A stretch of DNA of 64,000 nt from Hormiphora californensis (lineage: Eukaryota > Animalia > Ctenophora). The stretch is taken from the NCBI GenBank assembly GCA_020137815.1, contig CM035354.1:4588001-4652000 (forward strand), read 5' to 3'. Below, in pieces: positions 56,501-64,000 of the stretch (position 1 is its first letter; each line of letters starts with the position of its first letter). A program made the translations under genes and the position numbers. The notes beneath the pieces are model-generated. The model saw only the letters and a list, made by a program, of their open reading frames with translations, had not been told where the DNA came from and did not search any database.

Positions 56501-59500
56501 GTTCTTCGTACAAAACAAATTTCAAGTCTCTATCTCATCAGGGAGTGGAGTTATGACCGTGGGAAATTTCACAAAACCCGAGTGAGGGACATAGTAGTTT
56601 GGGGTGTACTTTAGTTACAGACGGATATTCCCTTAGGAAAACACTACTCGTCACTTTGTACAGTCTGTCTACACTTTTGGGTAGGTAAAGTTTAAAGAGG
56701 TAGTGTCTGGTTGATTGTTCGAGTTCCAGGAGGTATGATTCTGTGACACCCTCGTCCCTCACACCCGTCCTAAAGCCTACCAAGTAACCAAAGCCCGTCC
56801 TACCTTCTGTAGGGGTGTAACACGACAGCAGATGACGGCACCACACTGCATTGCAAGCTTAGTAAACTCCTCCTTGAGGTTATCTTCCAGTGCAAACCTG
56901 AGTGTAGAACCCGCAACAACTAGTGCAAACTCCGCATCTACTCCTTTCTGTGGAAGGGGGGTGTTAGGAATATGTATCATTCTGCAAAGGGGAGGGATAA
57001 ATTTGGCCACCAAATTCGGGGGAGATAAATTTGGCCACCAAATTCGGGGGAGATTAATTTGGCCACCAAATTCTGGGGGGGGGGGGCGAATTTGGCAACC
57101 AAACAGGGACATCATTTTCTGCTGGGAAGGCCGAAGGGTTAAGGTTGGTACCCTACCTGTTTTCCAAGTTTCTTGGAGTCTTTCAGTTTGTATTTCAGCT
57201 CCTTGATCTCTACCCTGACGTCATCGTTATCGTCACCCTCCAGTATGAACACCTCCATCGTCTGTTTGATAAGCTTGCAACTGTAACCGATATTGATGGC
57301 GGTCTCTGGAGAGTGTGGATAGGTGATTTGTTCTCTCCTTTACAAAATGTGTTGCAATTCGCGGTGAGGTAGGGTCAAGACTCTTGACTCAAGAGATGAT
57401 ACCCTCATGATAGATAGCTAAAATTACAGCAGCTTGCTAACTCTCAAGTTCTAATAATTAATATCTTACCCTGTTTATCTCCAGTGAGCACCCAGATCTT
57501 GATGCTGGCCCGGGCTAGGTTTGCGATTGTCTCAGGTACTCCATCTTGCAACTTGTCCTCGATGGCAGTGGAACCCACCAGATCCAGGTCAGCTTCTATC
57601 AGATCATACGCAGCTGCCACTTTCTCATCACGATTAGTCATGGCAATACTGAAATAAACAGGGTTGTTGTGAATTGTGACAAGCAATAATTTAACATCTA
57701 CATGTCTATATTGGAGATACAGTTTAGTGATTTCTCAATTTCTCACCTGGCCGTCTCGTAAATCTTGTTCCACTCAATAAAGTCAGCATCACTGATAGTC
57801 CTTCATCGCTATTATCAGAGTCCTCAGTCCAGTTCCGAGCAAACACATTCATGTGGTCCAGAGTGACCTCTAGCAGGTCCGGTCTTTTCTTATTGATTAG
57901 AGGTATTACTGTCGTATCAGCTCCCTTACAGAACTAGTCTCACTCGTCCATCAGGGACATCGTAGGATTATACTCATTCTCTTCCTAACATTATCAAAAT
58001 CAAGGAGCGCTAACAGTTCATAATCCTCCTCTTCCCCAGTTTAGCTCCATTGTTATGGTTTTCTGGGTTCGACTCTGCAGGGAGAAATAGGGAGTTAAAA
58101 GAAAGACTCCACGCACAAAACCAGACCGGTTTGTTCTATCTAAACGCGGCGCACGGAAACAGGGTCGAGCAAGGCAATATCCGTTGTAATATCGTGTACC
58201 TTGTAGACATATCCAAAGTTCCTGGCGGCAGTAAGGAGGGCCTCTTCATCAGGTGACTGGGCCTGGAAGTGGAGAGAACCATCCTCCTCATATTCACTCA
58301 TCACTGTGTGACACAGAGACAGGACCTACAGTGTGGGGTGATGTAACCATGGTAACTATGTAACTATGTAACCATGGTAACTAGGTAATGTTATATCTGG
58401 GGATTATACTGGGTGGAAAGATGCTCTGGCCAGACACAGAAATAGGAAACACTTCCAACCGGTACTGCTTCCAATTTCTTTAGATCTCACTAATTATCAT
58501 ACCTTGAAATATTTATCAACTTCCTCGTCTCCCGCTTGTACAGCTTTTAGGAGGTTCTGGTCAGAGTAGGTAAACTTAGGATCAGCCCACCTGTTCCAAC
58601 TGAAATCACATTCTCCTTTCTGTGGATTAGGAGTAGTTTAGTGGATTAGAAGTTGTGAGTTGTTAACTATACAGAGTGAGCTAGATCAGATACATACCTG
58701 GAGGTTTTCTGATGAATCATCCACATTATCCCCATACACGACACCATTAATGCTACCCTTCAGGAATACCATGACGTTCTGTGTTAGTGTTCCCGTCTTG
58801 TCACTAAACACGTACTTGATCTGACCCAGCTCCTCGTTTAGTGCCGTACTCCTGGAGTGGGGGGAGAGTGGATGAGTTAGCAGTTAGTGGGAGGGAGAGT
58901 GGGATGTAATGAGATGTAATGAGATGTTAGCTGCAAGGAGAGGAAGGGGAAGAGACGACGAGAAAAGGAGATAGAAAGAGAATCAACAACAATCCAGCAG
59001 TTCTAGATACGAGGAGAGTTAGGGAAAGAATAGTGAGTGACAGGAGTTTTTTTGAAGGGTCGATATTGCCACTATCATCACGTGTTACCTTGCTTTGGCA
59101 GGGGTGTCTGACTCATTATGGTACATTGCTATATCCCAATTGATAAAGAAACTTTGTCCCAGTCTTATCATCTCAACACTGAATAATAGGATCATGAAGT
59201 TAGGGAGTCAAGGAGAACATGGATTTACTCTTTTAAAAACACAGGAACTAAACCCAGGTTGCTAGATTTGACGTTGCGTACCTCACGTATAGAGAAATGG
59301 GTACAAGTGTGTTTAGGACGATTATATAGGATGGTATTCGTAGTACTGCTATCAGAATAGGCGTGTCAATATCAACATATTCGTTGTATCGGGCTGCAAA
59401 GTACTGAAAGGGGGATAGAATTAGTTGTTTGAAGACCAAAAACACAGAAATTATTTATAATGTCGTTTTGGTAGTTACCTGTCCTTGTATTGATTCCCAT

Positions 59501-60135
59501 ATGAAGCTTCCAATACCACACACTACACACAAGACCAAGAGTAGACCCAGAATCTGAAATAGATTGTGAAATTATTGTGGAACCATGAAAAATCTGGCGA
59601 TTGTGGTGCCTGGTTGTTCATAGTTAACTAATTACTGATTTGATTAACTTACATAGTACACTATCCTGTTTAGTAGTTTGTCCACATTTGTTCGCTTCAA
59701 TATCGGTTTACCTAGAAAAACACGAAAGATGAAAAATATTGCGAATGAATTGTATTGTTCATACGCGGGCGCGGGGGAGGTGCAACAGCACAACGAATGA
59801 ATCATCTCATGTTTTGCTGCACAACTGCGCGCGTGCTATCTCGCTTGTTGAGTCTGCGCGAAGACCTCTACAAATCGGGAAATGTCGTGGGCGTGCGGGG
59901 TCTACCGTGGGAGAAAGAGGGAAACTGGGAGCTCACTTGGAGATAACTTTGCAACAGCAAAATAATTTTTGCTGATATTGTATTATGCAGGTCACGAAAT
60001 AGCATACCTGAGTTCATCATTAGTTTCGTTTGATGGCCAGTAAATATCACCAATCCAACTGCCCAGGCGGTGTTTTTGAGCAACATACCCTGGAGGAGGA
60101 GGTTTGGTGTTAACTAGACAAACAAACAAACAAGC

Positions 60136-60220
<85 letters not shown>

Positions 60221-63016
60221 AACATTAACAAACAAACAAACAAACAAACAAACAAACAAACAAACAGACAAACAAACAAACAAACAAACAAACAAACAAA
60301 CAAACAAACAAACAAACAAACAAACAAACAAACAAACAAACAAACAAACAGACAAAACACATACCCTGAGCAGGATTTTATCATTATCTAGTGAGTATTT
60401 TGCGAAGTCTTGTTCATTGTCTTCAATGTTTTCAATAGCTAGTAAACCCATGAACTTGTCTAGTCGATTGTTAGGCGGCTCGCATTCCACTCGACCTGGG
60501 GGGGGGGGGGTGTTAAACATTATAAAAGGGGGTGGGAAGTGGTTAGACAAGGTGAGTTCTTGTACAGTACAGTAGTAGGGAAGTACTATCTGACCCGTGT
60601 ATAGGAAACACTGGGAGACTGAGTAGCTGCAGAATTGTGACAGGAAGAACAGGTTAGGAGAGAGACACGCCTATTAAATCAGCAGTTGTGTAACTATGGT
60701 AACAGTAGGCTACCAGAAACACAATTATGTCCCTCCTAAAGTGGTTACCTGCACATTGTAACATGTACCAGGGGAGAGGGGGAGGACATATATACCCGCT
60801 ACTACTACCAGTATTGCATGGACACAAAGGATAATTTGAGTAGTTTAGCAGGTACACAAGACTGTGTATGCTGTGTGTGAGTGTGTACCATATTCCCTCT
60901 ATCTCCCTGTCTCTCCCTCCCTGTCTCTCCCCTCCCTGTCTCTCAGTAATTATATCAGTCGCTATATCGCTATAACTTCCCATTACAATCACTCTATATT
61001 TTACACCGGACACCCCATTCTATTATAGTTTGGTAAGGTGATACCCCACCAGCTGGCGCAGAGTGGCGTGTGTAGGGACTGCTGATAGAGTTACACTCCA
61101 TGAGGGTACTGAGACATCTTACAAACTGGAATTTGAAAGAGAGGTACTGAGACATCTAACATCTTACAAACTGAACCCTCCCAGACCGCGGTGTGGACCA
61201 CACAAACTGAGATGTGAAAGAAGGGGGAAGTAAGATGGGGGCATGACACATGTGTGCTTAGTACATGAGATGGGGGCACCCGGGCAGAGCTGTCATGTTA
61301 GGGGGGCAATCTGAGAGTTCAATACTTCAATTACTCTATTTCTCTCTCTTCGTCTCTCTATCTTTCTCTCTCTCTTTTTCTCTCTATCACTCTTGCTAAC
61401 TCTCTATCACTCTTGCTATCTCTCCATCTCTTGCTTTCCTTCATATCATCCAAGGGTAAAAACCCCCATGAGTGAGAGGGAAGAGAAAGAGAGAGGAGAT
61501 AGAGAGGAGAGGGGGAAGAGAGGAAAACGAAGAGAAGACATAGAGGAAAGAAGGGAAGGTGGAAAGATGAAGAAAAAGGGATAAGAGGAGGGAGAGGCAT
61601 GAATAACAGCATTTAGTATCCGAGGAGTGAAATGGGGGGGTAAAATACTGAAGGGGTAGTGTAAAAAATTGGACAAATTTTTAATTTTTTCCCGGGGAAA
61701 CCTGTACACCACACTTTTTTGTATATAAATGTCGTGTATTATAGCAGAGCGGCACTATGTAATATTGGCGGATAATGTTGATCATTATGTATCATTAGAA
61801 TAATGAATCCGAGGCAAAGGGGGAGTGAATTGGGGACAAAGAGGCCGACACTTATTTGATGAAGAGAAAAGAGAGAAGGAGAGAGGGAGGAGAGAGGGGA
61901 AAAAGAGAGGGAAGGGAAAAGAAGAGAGTGGAGAACAATACTTTTTTGAAGGGGAAAATTCAAAAGTGCGGCAAAACACCGGAGTACTGTTGGGGTTTTT
62001 GGCAGTTTGTATTTTTTTGGGGTTTTTTCCCTTTACTCGCATTTTTTTAATAACAAACCCCACCCAAGGGAGAGAGAAGAGGAGAGGGAGAGAAAGAGCG
62101 GAGAGAAAAATGAGAATGATTTAGGAAAAAAAGGAAGGGGAGGGAAATAAGATAAGGCAAAATCGCATGGGGAAACCTATACTTCCGGTTTGCACTGCTG
62201 CTTTACTCCCCCCAAACACCCACACAAAAATACCCCACATTTTTTAACATGGAAACAAATGGAAAACGGGTTTTCCCCCGGGCCACACAACTTGCCTTTT
62301 TCGACCCCCCTTTCCCCCTTTTAAAAACAAAAAAACCAAATACACACCAAACGCGGAAAATTTGCAGTTTACACTTCCGTTTTAACTTTTGGTTTTAAAG
62401 GTAAATGGTTTCTTTTCCCAGCGGGGGCATCTAGCTTTTTAAAAACCACCTCCAATCTTTGGCAAACAGTAAACAAACACAAAAACTCTGACCAATTTTA
62501 TATTTTTTGTATGGGGGTGAAAAATGATCTCTCGGTTCCCCCCCCCCGAAGAACACGTTATAATCCCAATCTCCTTTTGAAGGTAAATAGACTGATGAGA
62601 GAAACGTTTCTTTTTTTTTCTCCAAAACCCCCCCCTATCCCCCCTCAGCAAAGAGAAAAGGTACCCCAGGGTTTTTTTTTAGAAAAGTGAGTATGGATCA
62701 CCCCTTTCCAAAAGACGCAAAAAAACACTTTTAGAAGAGGGATTTTATAACCCGTTGGAACTTCTCTCCCCAAAGATTTTCTTTTTCCCCCTGTTTCTCC
62801 ACCTCCCTTTTCTTACCGTAAAAGTTAGATAACTTCTCAACATCATCTAAAAACGGCTCCGTTTCTACTAACGACTGGCGGACCTTCAGGTTCGTTTCTC
62901 TGGGAAGGAATACCGGAAAAGATTTAAGGGAGAGAAAAAAAGAGAGGGAAAGCAAGAAAGAGAGCGGGAGAAAGAGAGCTAAGCGGGAGTGAGAGATAGA
63001 GAGAAGAGAGTGAGAG

Positions 63017-63090
<74 letters not shown>

Positions 63091-64000
63091 AAGCGATAAT
63101 GGGACACTAGTTACCATGGTAACAACTAACAATATACGCACACAGAAAACATTTCTTAAGAAATAAAATAAAAAAGAACAATTAAATATAAATGTGAACA
63201 CAGAGAGAAAAAAGAGCTCACCCGTCTAATTCTGCAGTTTCGATGAAGCCCAGGCCGTTTGGAGCTGAAGTACTTATCAGTAACATATCCGCCTGAGAAT
63301 GAGGGTTAAAATAAGTGTGTGGGAACAGTGTATACGATCTCTTTTTTACTGTTATTTGTGCACCCCCTCCATCCCTCTCTTTCTATCTATTCTATGTGTT
63401 TTACACCATGCCAATATTATGAGATCTACCCACAAAATGAGTATTTTTCATCTCATTCCAGAGAATAATTTTGTAATCTCCCAGGCCTTCTACGTTACCC
63501 AAGTACCCGTTACCTACACGTACAGAATATGAACGACCTACGGCCCGAATTATCCCACGAAACATAATACAGATATTAGATATCATTGACCGCAATTCCC
63601 AGGGTCTAACGTGATCACCGCGATGTTCCCCATTTCTCTCTCCTGCTCTTTTGTCTCGCATACCCGCATCTCTCAGTCAGAGGGGGCACACTGCACCTAA
63701 TACAACAACCATCCCTAGTATAATTATACCCTAATACAACAACTGCTACAGTGAGAGGGAGGGGCGTGTGTCCTTTGTTATGCGGACAGCGAGTACAGAC
63801 TGAAACAGCATCCCCCATGTGCTTCATTTGCATTTTCAGCACATATCTCCAGCCCTCTACCACGACACCCTGTATACTGTATTGGTATCTAGCCCTCTCC
63901 CACGACACTCTGTATACAATTGGATCCCTTACCGGTACTGCATCGTTGTTTTTTAACTTCACAAGATCCCCACATTCCACCTTGTACCAGAGATCTTCAG
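50564..64000 (-). CDS. P4-type phospholipid-transporting ATPase (ATP8B-like flippase), 5' part outside window; several +1 frameshifts near 57.8-58.25 kb
   Basis: Spliced exons carry [60 protein letters not shown] (~58780-58805), [77 protein letters not shown] and the C-terminal GYAF regulatory motif (~52330). The last exon 50737-50564 is inferred. Confidence 0.93.
51148..51740. mobile_element. Non-autonomous DNA transposon with 8-bp TSD carrying a tRNA-like segment
   Basis: TIR CCCAGTGCAAAGAT / ATCTTTGCACTGGG. AGGATACC occurs at 51140-51147 and 51741-51748. Confidence 0.82.
51475..51564 (+). other. tRNA-derived Pol III cassette (A box, B box, T-run); not an intact tRNA
   Basis: GTGGTCGAGTGGTTAAGGCG (A box/D arm, tRNA-Ser-like), GGTTCAAATCC (B box, 51535-51545) and T7 at 51558-51564. 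No acceptor stem. Confidence 0.65.
52495..53798. mobile_element. 1.3-kb foldback MITE with TTAA TSD (Kolobok-like termini)
   Basis: TTAA|GGGTACACCTGGCG ... CGCCAGGTGTACCC|TTAA, with ~610-bp near-identical inverted arms and an ~80-bp spacer. TTAA plus purine termini fits Kolobok better than piggyBac. Confidence 0.9.
56382..56613. mobile_element. Short MITE in a P4-ATPase intron
   Basis: TIR CCCCAAACTACTATGTCCCT / AGGGACATAGTAGTTTGGGG and an internal hairpin AGATAGAGGCTTGAAATTTGTTTTGTA / TACAAAACAAATTTCAAGTCTCTATCT. Confidence 0.78.
56996..57101. repeat. ~28-29-bp minisatellite, 3-4 copies
   Basis: AATTTGGCCACCAAATTCGGGGGAGAT repeated. Confidence 0.8.
60117..60352. repeat. Compound (GACA)n/(AAAC)n microsatellite filling an intron
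   Basis: Direct observation. Confidence 0.95.

Overview
Gene-dense eukaryotic (animal) genomic DNA with short GT-AG introns, GA/CT microsatellites and many palindromic non-autonomous transposons. The compact genes, a nested intronless GPCR and splice acceptors just before start codons suggest a trans-splicing invertebrate such as a ctenophore; this is inference only. Genes in order: 3' part of mitochondrial ATP synthase alpha (+); an intron-containing penicillin-amidase/AHL-acylase-like Ntn hydrolase (+); NOG1/GTPBP4 (+) with an antisense nested GPCR; UFC1 (+); an acidic mucin-like type I membrane protein with a TGN-type sorting tail (-); NDUFA4/B12D-like (-); CLN3/battenin (-); LMBR1 (+); and the 3' part of a P4-ATPase flippase (-). 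Most notable observations: (1) a ~3.1 kb concatemer of a highly self-complementary 505-bp unit with an internal inversion, flanked by a target-site duplication (TSD), in a UFC1 intron; (2) two 23-28 bp hairpin insertions each flanked by its own 8-bp TSD; (3) three different G-run-capped elements with 8-bp TSDs and 10-bp periodic arrays; (4) a bacterial-type acylase in an operon-like four-gene run; (5) G-U-rich hairpins starting at 5' splice sites in NOG1 introns. Exon coordinates were read by eye. The region around 57.7-63 kb shows signs of uncorrected sequencing error.
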